A stretch of DNA of 64,000 nt from the human T2T-CHM13v2.0 reference genome, Homo sapiens. The stretch lies in NCBI RefSeq assembly GCF_009914755.1, contig NC_060936.1, one strand, 5' to 3'. Below are positions 1-18,845 of this stretch, piece by piece. Each line of letters starts with the position of its first letter. Position 1 is the first letter of the stretch. The position numbers were made by a program, and so were the translations under genes. The notes beneath the pieces are model-generated. The model made no database searches, was not told the DNA's origin, and saw only the letters and a program-made list of their open reading frames with translations.

Positions 1-291
<291 letters not shown>

Positions 292-441
292 GGACATTGT
301 GTTTTTATCAAGTAATAATTTCAGCAAGCATTTTAGTGTGCCTATTATGTGTCTACCTTATTTAAAACTGTATCCCCTGCCCTCTCCCTATTCCACATTC
401 TTCATCTCTCTTTCCTGAGTTATTTATCTTCATAGCACTGA

Positions 442-734
<293 letters not shown>

Positions 735-767
735 CCAATGCCTTAGAGCCCACTTTGCCCTAAGGCA

Positions 768-1078
768 TTATTATTATTATTATTATTATTGTTATTTTTA
801 TATGTAGTTTCACTCTTGTTGCCTAGGCTGGAGTGCAATGGCACCATCTTGGCTCACTGCAGCCTTCACCTCCTGGGTTCAAGCAATTCTCTTGCCTCAA
901 CCTCCCGAGTAACATTACAGGCGCCTGCCACCATGCCTGGCTAATTTTTGTATTTTTAGTAGAAAGGGGGTTTCACCATGTTGGTCAGGCTGGTGTCGAA
1001 CTCCTGACTTCAGGTGATCCGCCCCCCTCGGCATCCCAAAGCACTGGGATTACAGGGGTGAGCCACCGCAGCCCAGGC
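768..1078 (-). mobile_element. Alu (AluSq/Sx-like) with (TTA)n tail
   Basis: Full antisense Alu. Confidence 0.95.
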
Positions 1079-1230
1079 TGTCATCATTTTGTTTGGTCCC
1101 TTTCTTCACCTCCCACCCCACTAGAATGCAAGCTCTACATAGGTAAGGATCTCTATCCATTTTGTTCACTGATGTAGCTCCAATACCTGGTGCATAGTAG
1201 GTACTCAATTAATATTTGTTAAATGAATAC

Positions 1231-1393
1231 AGCTGGGCACTCTTGTAGTCCCAGCTACTCAGGAGGCTGAGGCAGAAGAAGTGCTTGAATCCAGGAGTTC
1301 TAGGCTGCAGCGTGCTATGATAATGCCCGTGAATAGCTGCTGCATTCCAGCCTGGGCAACATAGCAAGATGCTGTTGGGCTGGAAAAAAAAAA
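1231..1393 (+). mobile_element. FAM (fossil Alu monomer)
   Basis: Diagnostic gcccgtgaatagctgctgcattccagcctgggcaacatag, A tail, TSD aaatgaata. Confidence 0.8.
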
Positions 1394-1526
1394 ATGAATA
1401 AGAGCTGCTCTTTGCCCTTAATTAATTCACTGTCTACTCCCTCTATTTACATATCTTCAATGCTGTCCCCTATGTCTCTCTCTTTTTAAAGTTTTGGTGT
1501 CTCCTTTAAAAAATTATTATATAATA

Positions 1527-1925
<399 letters not shown>

Positions 1926-2703
1926 TCAAAATTCATTTGGTGCTTTTCAAAATCCTTTGAGGCATCATCATTGCAATAAAATAGTCCAACAGTATGGTAT
2001 ACAAATACATCCCCAAATCATGAAACATTAATGAGCTAATAAAAACAATTAGTTTCAGTTGCAGCAACTGAAACTATGTCTTCTATTCTGGGATTTAAAA
2101 TCCTTTTATTTTCTGCATTTCATACTTTCCTCTGTGTATGCTTGTGTGTCAGAAAATGATTAAACCTCCACCTGCTAGTTCTCTTATCTCATGGTTCTTC
2201 AGTGGAAGAAGAAAGATCATCATCTTTTTTTTTGTTTTTCCTGTGGATCTCTTGTCAGTGTCCCCATAAGAAATAGTTATCTAAATATAACTTAATTACT
2301 GCTACAAAAGAATGATTTCACTAATGCATGCAGACCAACAGAAACACCTTGGGAAACTCAAAGGCTGATGAGCTAAAATTAAATCTGAACACTTATCCAT
2401 TATATGCTGTCAAAGGGCTTGTCAGATTGAAAGATCCTTATTATCAAACAAAAATGAAAAGAAAGTTTGTTTGCCCCTCGTGACCTATTCCATTTTTTCT
2501 TTTTTAAACCTAATTTTTTTTTACAATTATACAAGCACATCGTTTAAAAACCAAACAGTCCTAAAAGGCTTGTTTTGAGAAACAGCAGTTCTCAGTTTCT
2601 TCCCTTTTCTGCTTCCCCTCTGTTAGTTGATTCTTTTAGTATTTATCTCCATTTCTCTAGATAACATACTGATCTTACTACTCTAACTTTTTTTAAGGCT
2701 CGC

Positions 2704-2755
<52 letters not shown>
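2704..2755. repeat. (TCTA)13 tetranucleotide STR in an Alu tail
   Basis: Uninterrupted TCTA run. Confidence 0.97.
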
Positions 2756-2756
<1 letters not shown>

Positions 2757-3040
2757 ATTTTTTGAGATGGAGTCTTGCTCTGTCCCCAGGTAGGAGTGCG
2801 GTGGCATGATCTTGGCACTGCAACTTCCGCCTCCCAGGTTCAAGGAATTTTCCTGCCTTAGCTTCCTGAGTACCTGGGTGCAAGCCACCACGCCTGACTA
2901 ACTTTTCTATTTTTCAGTGGAGATGGGTTTGCATCATGTTGGGCGGGCTAGTTTCCAACTCCTGTCCTCAAGTGATCCGCCCACCTTGGCCTCCCAAACT
3001 GCTGGGATTATAGGCATAGGCATGAGCCACCACACTTGGC
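2757..3040 (-). mobile_element. Alu (diverged)
   Basis: Antisense Alu text. Confidence 0.93.
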
Positions 3041-3056
3041 TCTAAGGCATTATCTA

Positions 3057-3348
<292 letters not shown>

Positions 3349-3399
3349 CCTAAGGCATTATCTGTTAACTTCTACCCACACTCTATCCCATGTACCTTT

Positions 3400-5428
<2,029 letters not shown>

Positions 5429-5920
5429 CAGTCTGCCATCTTTAACCAGGGGTTCCTAGATCAGTTTTTCCACAGGCTGGTCTTTAAGGCCATCCTCAAA
5501 TACTGTACCAGCCTTATTGCCTCCTCCTGGCTTTAAGGACACCCTACAACCCTTGAGGTCCCTAGTCTAAAGGGAGAGGAGAGGAATTTCAGTTGATAAA
5601 AAGCAAATGTGTCTTTAAATAATTAACTGGGTACTTAACAAGAAAAGTGGGGGTATTTCCTTTGGTAGTCTGAAAGATTTTTTTTTCTGTATAATAGATG
5701 GGTTTCTTTCTCCACACTAGATAGGCATGCATTTATCGAGTTTGAAGGGGGAATTAAAAGGTCTCAGAATGTCTCTCCCAGGCCTGGGTTTATAATTCCA
5801 AAGATAACATAATTTAAGAATTTAAGACCCAGTCTAATGCAATTCCTTCATTTCATTAGCAAGAAGACTGGTTTTACTGTAAAAGTTGGTTAAATTAAGA
5901 AGATCAGAAGTTTCTGAGGA

Positions 5921-6160
5921 TTTTTTTTTTTTTTGAAACAGGTCTTACTCTGTCACCCAGGGTGATCCTACTGCCTCAGCCTCCTGCGTAGCTGGAAACA
6001 CAGGCATGCACCACCATCCCCAGCTGATTTTTAAAATTTTTGTAGAGATGGGGTTTCAACATGTTGCCCAGGCTGGTCTTGAACTCCTGGACTCAAGCAA
6101 TCCTTCTGCCTCAGCCTTCCAAAGTGCTGGGGTTACAGGCATAAGCCACAACAACCGGCT
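5921..6160 (-). mobile_element. AluJ with internal deletion
   Basis: J-type text; part of the right monomer is missing near 5960. Confidence 0.85.
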
Positions 6161-6997
6161 GAGGATGGATGTCTTGATAAGACTATGATCACTTGTCTAC
6201 TAACAAGGATGGTTTTTTTATACCCTGGAGAATTTCTTATTTTTTCAACTGAAGTATCTTTCCCTAATAAGCACAAACAATAAATTCACAACATGCTGAA
6301 ATTCATATGTTGTGAATTTATTTTTTAACAAAGCAAAGTTATTTAAGTCCTGACACTAACAACAGCTGCCAACCTAAATTTGAAAGTGTTAAAAATAGCT
6401 CAATGATCCTTAATTTTCCTATGTTTGTCCCCCTTGCATCTGTCTTCCAACCTTAAAACTAAAACATTATTGAATTTATCTACATAGAAGTTGTAAGATG
6501 AAATTTAATCCCATTGTAATTTAAAACTAAACTGTGTTCAATATTAATGTTCAGTTACATGACCTTGAAATTTATTTGGCAATACCTACTGATTGGTGCA
6601 GGAGTAATACAGCTTATATTTCTCAAAACACTAGCAATAATATCCCTATAGCCTTCTGATAAACTGCAAATTACACTTATTAATTAGATTTAAGAAGTGT
6701 AAATGTTATAACATGGTTATAATGCCACTATCAGGTACACTTTCCAGTTTATTGGAGGAAGTAAAAATGAAATGCACCATGGCTTGAGAATTGATTAATT
6801 CTCAGTTTTATTTAGGAGAGTCAGACCTGAAATGTTGCAAAGAAGGGTTACATTACTTCTCTCTTGGCACATGACCCTCAAGTAGTAATCGTTACCATCT
6901 GTAATGCTGAAAAATGTGTTCAACATGAAGAATTCTTAGGTGGCATTATTTAGGGAACTACCTGTTCCCTCCACAGTGTTGCTTTACTGAATTTCCT

Positions 6998-7311
<314 letters not shown>

Positions 7312-7627
7312 TTTACTGAATTTTCAGCACCAGCTTTAGACTTTACCAGATGCAGGAGATAATCCAGACTTTTGTGCCTCAACATATTTGATCAACTCCG
7401 ACCCCTTCTCTGATCTTGGAGACTGAATATTAATAAATGGTTAGTAAAATGGCCTATTCTTTTGGTTAATTCACAGGTGGATGAATGCTTACACAAATGC
7501 TCTTCATAATTCTAGACCAGTGATGGGGTAGGTGAGGAAACACTTCTAGAAGGAGTGGCTAAAAGGGGTGGGCTGAGGCTGGGTAGCTTGAAAGCAAAGC
7601 AGAAATCTGACCTGTGACTTTGAGTAT

Positions 7628-7790
7628 TTGTTGTTGTTGTTAGAGATGGGGTCTCATTCTGTAGCCCAGGCTGGAGTATAGTGGTAAGATCATGGCTCAG
7701 CACAGCCCTGAACTCCTAGCCTCAAGCCATCCTCCCACCTCAGCCTCCAGAGTAGTTTGGCCTACAGATGCGAGCCATTGCACTTGATGG
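7628..7790 (-). mobile_element. FRAM/AluJ right monomer
   Basis: Monomer; TSD ctttgagt. Confidence 0.8.
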
Positions 7791-7886
7791 CTTTGAGTGT
7801 TTTAACGGTAGCCCAGGATGGGGTATTTCAACCCCCTCCATACAAGTTCTGATAAGGCATGCCTTCCCTGAGACCACTGCTTTATA

Positions 7887-8003
7887 TGGGGTAATCTTAT
7901 ATGTTCCATTCTGCTCTGGAAAATCCTAGTTTGTGCCTCTTTTTCTGGTAAAAAGCACCCTCTCAAGTGTCCAGGTTTGGATGATAAATTATCCAGGCCA
8001 CCA
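7887..8003 (-). mobile_element. MER81-like hAT MITE
   Basis: ctctcaagtgtccaggtttggatgataaattat. Confidence 0.6.
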
Positions 8004-8174
8004 GATCTGTGGTGGATGTGGGATAGTTATATGTAATCTCCACTGGAGAACAGGTGAGTCCCTAATACACACTGCGACTAAATTTCTCTGTGCTTTTCCA
8101 GCATAACCTAAAATGTGGAAAAGAAAGATGTAAGACCGTGGTGGTCAATGCAAATGAGAATAATATTAACAGGT

Positions 8175-8385
8175 AGTGGACTTTGGAGGTAGACAGCCCT
8201 GAGACAGAATATGACTCTCCCATTTACTAACTTTGTGATTTGGGGCAAGACATTTCATTCTCCCTTAATCTCATTTTCCTCAACTATGCAATGGAAATGC
8301 AAAATTTACTGCACTGAGTTGCGATGGGGATTAAATGAGATGCTGCATAGACAGAGCTTTGCACAGTGGGGAGTTACTGTGAACA
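8175..8385 (+). mobile_element. MIR
   Basis: ggactttggag...ccatttactaactttgtgatttggggcaag...ggattaaatgaga. Confidence 0.8.
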
Positions 8386-8706
8386 AGCTCATTGCCAAAC
8401 AGTCTATTATATTGTTTTAATTTGATTGAGGCTTCACTTTATGTGTTATCTACATTAACCCCCAAATACACTTACACTTCAAACAAATTTTTAACTTTTA
8501 AAATGTTCTTTAATTTAGGCAGGGCGTCAAACTGTTGATTAGATTTGGTTGGCTAGCAATACAGTGAGGTGTTGCAAATGTTACAGTCTGAATGCAAGCT
8601 TTAAAGAAATGTCAAAATGTGTCCATTTTAATCAGATATGTCATGATGTGAGAGTCTGTGCTCACATCTATTGACAGAGGGATAAATATGTTAAAGACAT
8701 ACCTTA

Positions 8707-9016
8707 GCCAGGCGTGGTGGCTCACGCCTATAATCCCAGTATTTTGGGAGGCTGAGGCGGGCAGATCACTTGAGGTCAGGAGTACGAGATCAGCCTGGCC
8801 AACATGGTGAAACCCCATCTCTACCAAAAATACAAAAATTAGTTGGGCATGCTGGTGCACGCCTGTAATCCCAACTACTCAGGAGGTTGAGGCAGGAGAA
8901 TGGCTTGAACCTGGGAGGCGGAGGTTGCAGTGAGCCAAGATTGCGCCACTGCACTGCACTCCAGCCTGGGTGATAGCACAAGACCCCGTCTTAAAAAAAA
9001 TAAAATAAAATAAAAG
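8707..9016 (+). mobile_element. Alu (AluSx/Sz)
   Basis: Sense Alu; TSD aagacataccttag. Confidence 0.95.
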
Positions 9017-9221
9017 AAGACATACCTTAGAGTCTCTGTAGGCAATTTATATTTTATTAATGTAAATATTGATTATATAATTGAAAGTCCAAAGAATAGT
9101 GGCAAAAACTTTAAGACATTATTTTGAGAAACATTGTATTTCTTTACTAATTATATATTTAGTAGATAAAGGAAAATACCTTTAACTGTGTTTGAAAATG
9201 GTTACGAATACAATACAGTTA

Positions 9222-9528
<307 letters not shown>

Positions 9529-9726
9529 GCCATTAACAGTAGAAATTAACTAACCAGTTAAAACCGAGAACAAGCCACCTTCTTCTAATCTGTCCCAGTT
9601 CTCCCAGCATTAAGAATGTCTCATGTGAAGAACATGTCTACATAAAGCAATAGTGAAGAGTGAAACCACTCCTCTTAGAACGACTTAATTTGCTTTTGGT
9701 TTTAGTTATCTAAATATTTCAAGTGA

Positions 9727-10210
<484 letters not shown>

Positions 10211-10754
10211 TGAAATCAGGGGTTTTAGGGCTATTTTCTACCATGCTTATACAACTAGAATGATGCAGAAGTGAATGACTATTGTCCATTTGCAAGAGAA
10301 CCAGATCAAATCTGGTTTCTAAATTATATAAAAATATATTTATATGAAAATGTATCTTGCTTAAATAAGTTTAACACAGAGTTTTAAAATACTCTAAAAA
10401 TTGGAAAATGAGATCTGTGTACATTGGCTGTGTGTGGGCCTTGGTCACATTAATGTACTTTTCCTTAGTATCCTATGTGGCACTTTGCTATGAGAAATGC
10501 ACCATTGCATCAAATAAGTTTTATTACTTTGGTGGCTAGACAAAGTTTTGTTTTTTCCATTAGCAAATAGAATCTTTTTTAAAGCGGAAAATTGGCAGTT
10601 ATTTTTAAAGTGGATATATTACATAAATTTGATCTTTAGGGATCTAGGAATTTTTAGTGGACTCTCATGAAGAAAGCAAGTTTTGTGCCATGCATTTTAT
10701 CCTTAGTCACTTTAATTATAAAGACTACCCATGTCCCAAAGCAGTTCATGTTAG

Positions 10755-11079
<325 letters not shown>

Positions 11080-12223
11080 AATTTTTTGTTTCTTAATCTC
11101 CTTTAAACTTGGAATAAGCATTAAAAGGTTAACCAAGATGCTCATTTTCTGAATTTTTCTGCAGCCAAGTTTACATAGGGGCAACTCTTGAATTCTGAAC
11201 AAGACATAGGGAACTGGTCTTTTCACAAAGAGGCCATCTTGCAGTTATGTCAACAAACTTTTTCACACTAGTGCATCTGTTTCCAAAGTTTGTGGTTTGA
11301 AAGAATAGACTGATATTAACTACTTCTCTTGAGTCTTCAAACGACCAAGAAAGGAAAGAAGGAAGACTGGTAGCAGCAATGAATTTTCACAGACATGCAA
11401 ACTCAGTATTTCAGATGGCTTAACAGATGCACAGTTACAAATAAGAGCCATATGGGTGCATTAAAGGGTAAAAAATCTGGGTCACATTATACAGTACAGG
11501 TGGAAATGCAGCTATAAACACAGTCAGAACAGGTGATTTGGATACCTGTCACTTATATCTATATACAGACTTATCCAGTAAGACTCTCCTATCCCATACT
11601 TAAATGAAATTAAACCTTGTCAACCATAAAGTTCAGTATAAAGATCTTTGATGTCAAACACAGCATTCTGAAGCAAGGTTTTATTAGCTAGGTGTTTTGT
11701 AAATAACATTTATCTTCAAAGCACCAAACACAGTACACATTCCCAGGTAAATAGTAAGTGCTTAGGAACAACTGTGTTGAATTCATTTATGACCCTAAAC
11801 ATTCTTTCCTCTGAAATATTTGTTAACACTTTAATTGAACAGACCATGGCTTTACTGAGCTAATAAGGCACTTCCTATCTTTAAGCTAATTTTCTTTCCA
11901 TTAAAATGGCCTGTGCAATACAGGTAATTTGAAACAGCAAGCACATGTACAAGCCAGCAGCTCTACAAAGTGTTGTTTTGTATACAATATTTGATTATAA
12001 CAATCAAGGCTGTCTTGAAGCACTGCATATTATAGAAAAATAAAAGGACAGTAAGTCCAAGCATCTACATTTTAGCTATGTAATCTTGATTGTTTTTTCA
12101 GAATATTTTTCCTACTAATCCAATGGTAGATTTAAAGTTTTCCTGAAATAATCAAAGGACCTGAAATAATCAAAGGACCAAAATTAAACCACAGGGTAAA
12201 AATTGTTGGTAATAATCACTGTA

Positions 12224-12521
12224 TTTTTATTTTATTTTATTTTTGAGATGAAGTCTCACTCTGTCACCCAGGCTGGAGTGCAGTGGCGCGATCTTGGCTC
12301 ACTGCAACCACCACCCCCTGGGTTCAAGCGATTCTCCTGCCAGCCTCCTGAGTAGCTGGGATTACAGGTGCCTGCCACCGCACCCGGCTAATTTTTGTAT
12401 TTTTAGTAGAGATGGGGGTTCACCATCTTGGCCAGGTTGGTCTTGAACTCCTGACCTCATGAACCACCAGCCTCGGCCTCCCAAAGTGCTGGGATTACAG
12501 GTGTAAGCCACCACACCCGGC
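12224..12521 (-). mobile_element. Alu (AluSg-like)
   Basis: Antisense Alu; TSD aatcactgt. Confidence 0.93.
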
Positions 12522-12604
12522 AAATCACTGTTTAAATATTTACATTTATTTAAAAATCCCTGTATATCAGTTATGATTGTCTTTAGAATATTTGTTTTTT
12601 TGGA

Positions 12605-13725
12605 AGATAGTGAGGCATAGTGGTTAAGGACACGAATTCTGGAGTCATCCAGCCTTGGTGCCAGCTTTGCCACTTACTCGTTCTGACATCGTGAAATGTA
12701 TAGTTGGTCTTTGTCCAGGTTTCCTGGCACACAACTCCTAAAATCCTTGGAATGTCCAACGTGATTTCACATGATTCCAACATGATAGTCTTTTTTGTAT
12801 GCTAATGAGATGACTGCTAGCTGGCAGCCGCTGGGTAGCTTCAGCTTCTAGGCTGGTCACTGGAAAGACCAAGGCAGGATCAGAGAGTTAGAACTTTGAG
12901 CCACACTCCCCAGCCACTGGGGAAGGGGTTTCACCAACTTAGTAAATTTAATCAATCATACCTACATAATGATAAAAGCTCAAAAGGACTGGGTTCAGAG
13001 AGTTTCCCGATAGCTGAACACATGGAGGTTCCTGAAGGGCAGTAGAGCATCGAAGCTCCATTCTCCTTTGCAGGTGCCTTGCCCTGTGCATCTCTTCATC
13101 TTGATCCTTTGTGATATCCTTTATACAAATGTACTGATAAAAGTAAGTCAGTCTTTTCCTGAGTTCTGCGAGCCAGTACTAACAAATTAGTCAAACCCAA
13201 GGAGAGGGTCGAGGGAACCCCAATATAGAGCTGGTCAGTCAGAAGCACAGGTAAAACAACTTGGGGCTTGCTACTGGCCTTGAAAGTGGGGAAAGAAGTC
13301 CTGTGGGCCTGAGCCCTTAACCTATGGGATCTGCTGTTCTCTCCAGGTAGCAGGAGTGTCAGAATTGAATTGAATTCGAGGACAATTCTGCAGCTGGTGG
13401 CCACTGCAGAACTGATTGACTGGTTGTTGGCAGGGAGAAATTTCCACACACTTCCTGGTGACCAGAGGTCCCAGAAGTCTTCTGTATTGATTGTTGTGAG
13501 TGAGAGAATAGCAAAAGCAGCTTTGTTTGCTTTTTTTTTTTTTTCCCTACATCCTCAGACTAGTTATGTCATCTTTCTGTGCCTCCATTTCCTGTTCTCC
13601 AAAACTGAGGGAACAGAACCACCTACATCATAATGTTGTTGATGTAGGCAGTAAAAGTGATAATACATACAAAGCACCATGTTTGCCACATACTAAGTGT
13701 TGAAATAGATGTCATATGTCATTAT
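12605..13725 (+). mobile_element. MIR split by an LTR (12605-12682 and 13561-13725)
   Basis: gcatagtggttaagga...ctggagtca...gccacttact resumes after the LTR as tctgtgcctccatttcctg. Confidence 0.75.
12683..13560 (+). mobile_element. MER21-family (MER21B-like) solo LTR
   Basis: tttcctggcacacaactcctaaaatccttggaat, gtatgctaatgagatgact, gagtgtcagaattgaattgaatt. Confidence 0.85.
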
Positions 13726-14179
13726 GATCAATGGACCAAAATCCATTGCAAAAGACAAAGAGGAGATGAATGCCTCTTTCCAAGAAGGTAATATAGGGCA
13801 TTTGAGCTGTCTTCTGTTGAAAACAGAATTAAGGGATCTTACGTGTTTGGAAACATGGAGCAGAGTGCTCTAGGATTACAAAATGCTAATGTATTCATTG
13901 TGAAGCTAAAGTGGCTGTATCTTAATGAAACCTCTGAAGTGGATTAAGCTCAGCCGGTAGAATGTGTAGGCAAAAACTCAGGCCAGAGGTGCATTCACGA
14001 TTCATGGGTATTTCTTGGCACTTTTCTAGACCTTAGAGTAACAAAAATCTTTTTTCTTTTTTTTTTAAATGCTGTATTTGAAAAGCTTTACAACCTGGTA
14101 GGGGAGAGGGACAACTGTATGCTTGTATGCTGATGCAATAAGTTACAGAATGGAGGTATGAATGAGGTTTGAAGAAAAT

Positions 14180-14880
14180 GCTGAGGAGTTGGCGGGGGCA
14201 GAGGTTGAGGTTTGTTTGGGGGAATTAAGAGAAACTTCACAGAGGACATCTGATCTGGAGCTGGAAAGTGAATAGTAATACACAGTGCAAAAAAGTGATG
14301 GAAGTGTCACTTAGGAGTGGGGAAGATGTACCCAGCAGCTTTTCTGCCTTGAGAGTGGTGAGAGGTTCTGTGTGGCTGAGAGTGCACATGGGGAAATTGG
14401 ATAGAGAGTCCTGGAGGAGCCGACTGGGACCAGTTTGCAGAGGGCCTTGCATGTGAACACTGATGAGAAGTGGTACACATTTTAGCACAGTCAGGTCATG
14501 AGCAGAATTGCCTTTTGGAACAGTGACCATGGCCACTGTTCCCCCTTAAAAACACTCCTCTAAGCCAAAAAAAAAAAAAAAATGCTTAGAGGAGTGCTGA
14601 AAGAGGCTGAGGCAGAAAGATCAGTTAGAAAAATGTAAAATAATGATGACGACGATGATGATGATGATGTCTCTAGCATGGCAATAGGATGAAACAAGGG
14701 CTTAGATTCAAGGGAGAATTACCAGATGGAATCAAGAGACTATGTATGCTGCTTGAATGATATAGGGGTGACGGTGAGTGGGGCTTGTCCAAGGTGATGT
14801 GCCCAATGTCACACTGTGGACCAGCACTATCGCCACACATTCATATGACTAGAGCAGTTGATAAAGGAGAAGTGAAGAAG
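14180..14880 (-). mobile_element. L2 fragments
   Basis: Purine-rich degenerate L2 text (gagggccttgcatg...cagtcaggtcatgagcagaattgccttttggaa). Confidence 0.55.
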
Positions 14881-14926
14881 TCAGATGGTGTCAGTGGAAA
14901 AGGGTACAATTTAAGAGTGTGCTTTC

Positions 14927-15251
<325 letters not shown>

Positions 15252-15729
15252 TAAAGGTGTGTATTCTATAGGAAAACTGCTTCCTTTTCTCCTTCCAGCA
15301 TGGAAGTCAAGATGCAACTCAAAAATCCACTTAGCAGGCAATGAGATGAAGCACTGCTAGAAGTCCCATTTCATGACAAGGCCAATTACTCAGACTTTAC
15401 TGGGAGCCCATCAAGACATGGCATATGCCTGGCACAGAGAGGGTACTTAACAAATGCTTGTCCATTCAATTTGTTAAGCAGGAAGTGAACAAAGTGGTGG
15501 GCTGGGTCTCAGAATTACATGCATCTTCTAAATCCCTCTGTGCCCTGATTTCTTCATTTATAAAATGGAGAGTAAAATGTTAGGAATTAAAAGAAAAAAA
15601 ATTCTTTAAATAAGACATGATCAAGAAGCACTGATATTGGGAAGAATGGGCAGCTATCTGAGATCCGTATGTAATGATAAGTAATCTATTAAATAGGGGC
15701 TACCAACTGGAGTTTATATATACTCTTTA

Positions 15730-15733
<4 letters not shown>

Positions 15734-15775
<42 letters not shown>
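15734..15775. repeat. (TA)n microsatellite
   Basis: About 21 TA units. Confidence 0.97.
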
Positions 15776-15777
<2 letters not shown>

Positions 15778-15884
15778 AAAGTTTTATATACTATCTTTTA
15801 GCCATAAGGCAAATAAATAAAATAAAATGCAAACATCATAAAATTTACATGGTAAAGCTAACCTTCTTTATCTTCTTTATGTAT

Positions 15885-16174
<290 letters not shown>

Positions 16175-17403
16175 CGAAAAACTAACTTTTTATGGAAGTC
16201 TTACTGAAGCAAAAATAAATATATAAATAAAATCGTGTTTAAGGAGAGCTCTTAATTTTGAGAAAAACAACATTTGCAAGAAGTCTTCATTTTAATAAAA
16301 ACAACCTAAAAATTACAGCATAGGTTTACATCTGCCTTTAAATGTCATTTCATAATAAAACATTATTGCTTTAAAAATATTAGCTTATTAAATAGGTAAG
16401 TTCAATAAGTTATAAAGGAGTTAAATGTTTGTATTAAACATGTGAACCATCAGAATTTTTCATATTCTGTCAATCAGGCAGAAGTTGATGTAATTAGAAA
16501 TGTTCAGAATATGCCAGTTTGTGAGACTCCACTGGATATCCTCACAGTCAATGCTCAAAAAATATCCACTGACTGAATGAAATAAAGAAAAATAATCACA
16601 TATATAACATGTATGTGTAAGCTAGACAACAAACATGTAAATGAACTGTACCATTTAATTTTTAAAACAGACTACACAGCTTCTCTATCATACTAGTTAG
16701 AAAATAATCCTTGTAGCACCTCAAATAATTCTTCATATGGAAACCAAAAGATGACTCTTTGCCTCTAAGCCACCACCGGCTAAGGGAAGGCTCCCTTGAA
16801 AATGGCCCCTGTCCCTCTACTGTTTTTATTTTTTATTTTTTTATGAATGGATGTATCAGACTTAGACTTTTAGCTCTGTGGCATTACACATGGAAACACT
16901 TACAAAATTATACTAAGTAAATGACAGGCTTTCAGTTGTTTTTTAATTAGGAAAAATACCTAGTCCTTCAAAACTAGATATTTTATTTTGAATTTTATTT
17001 GTAATCAAAATGTTGTTCTGGAAGCCTTTTCTGTAGTCTTAATTACTCAAACATGTTCCTATGGGACTTGATGTCACCACTGTATAGCAATCCTGCAGAT
17101 GGCAAAAGTTTAAAATAGAATTAAACTAAGCTATTAATTATGTAGACAGGGTAAAAGAAATATAAATGAATAGCCTTTAAAATAAATTTTAGTACTTCTA
17201 ACTGCCAGAATGGCAGCTGTTTGTCTACTTTCTTGGGAGACAGAAGAGTCAAGTTAGCTTATGCTTTGCTATTGTTTATACAAAATAAAATATTAGTTCT
17301 CTTGTTTAAAATGCCAAAGGATAGAAATGTGATTCTTACAGACAATCCTGCTTACAGTTTTGCTTAGTGAGGGCAGGGTTGATTTTTCAAATTCTTTAGA
17401 TCA

Positions 17404-18047
<644 letters not shown>

Positions 18048-18484
18048 TATAAGGAAGAATTTTCAAGTTGGATTAAATTATAGATTTTTATTTCTTCTTC
18101 TTCCACTGGCAGACAATGTAATTTTTTATTTCATATGAAACACTAATGGTGAACTGGAAACTCTTCATTTTATACTCTAGAAATGCCATAAAACATTCCC
18201 CCTAAATTATATTCAAGTCACTGTTCAGTCCACTAAATCCTCAATAACACTATATTGCCTCATCAAACGTAAGCTCGATTTCTTGAATCAGCATTTTCTT
18301 TAATACTACTCAGGGGATATGAGAGTTCAGCAACTCCTAAAGGTTCCCAACATTTTTTCTATGAATCCCAAAGACATTAGAGAAAAGTACAAAATGCAAA
18401 AATTCTAAGAAAGACACAAAGGAAGGTTTTACAGAGGCTCTCTTGGCCATTTTAGGCAAAAAGTCAGTGTATTTTATCAAATAA

Positions 18485-18773
<289 letters not shown>

Positions 18774-18845
18774 ATCAGATTAATTTTATAAGAAAAGTAC
18801 AACCTTGTTCATGTGGTATTGCCCTATTGCTAAAGATGTTAAGGG

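Noticed and set aside
8051-8059. Strong donor CAG|GTGAGT
   Set aside because: Upstream sequence is a MER81 remnant with no convincing acceptor or open frame
13096-13633. 117-aa and 87-aa ORFs
   Set aside because: They lie in the MER21 LTR and show no gag/pol/env similarity
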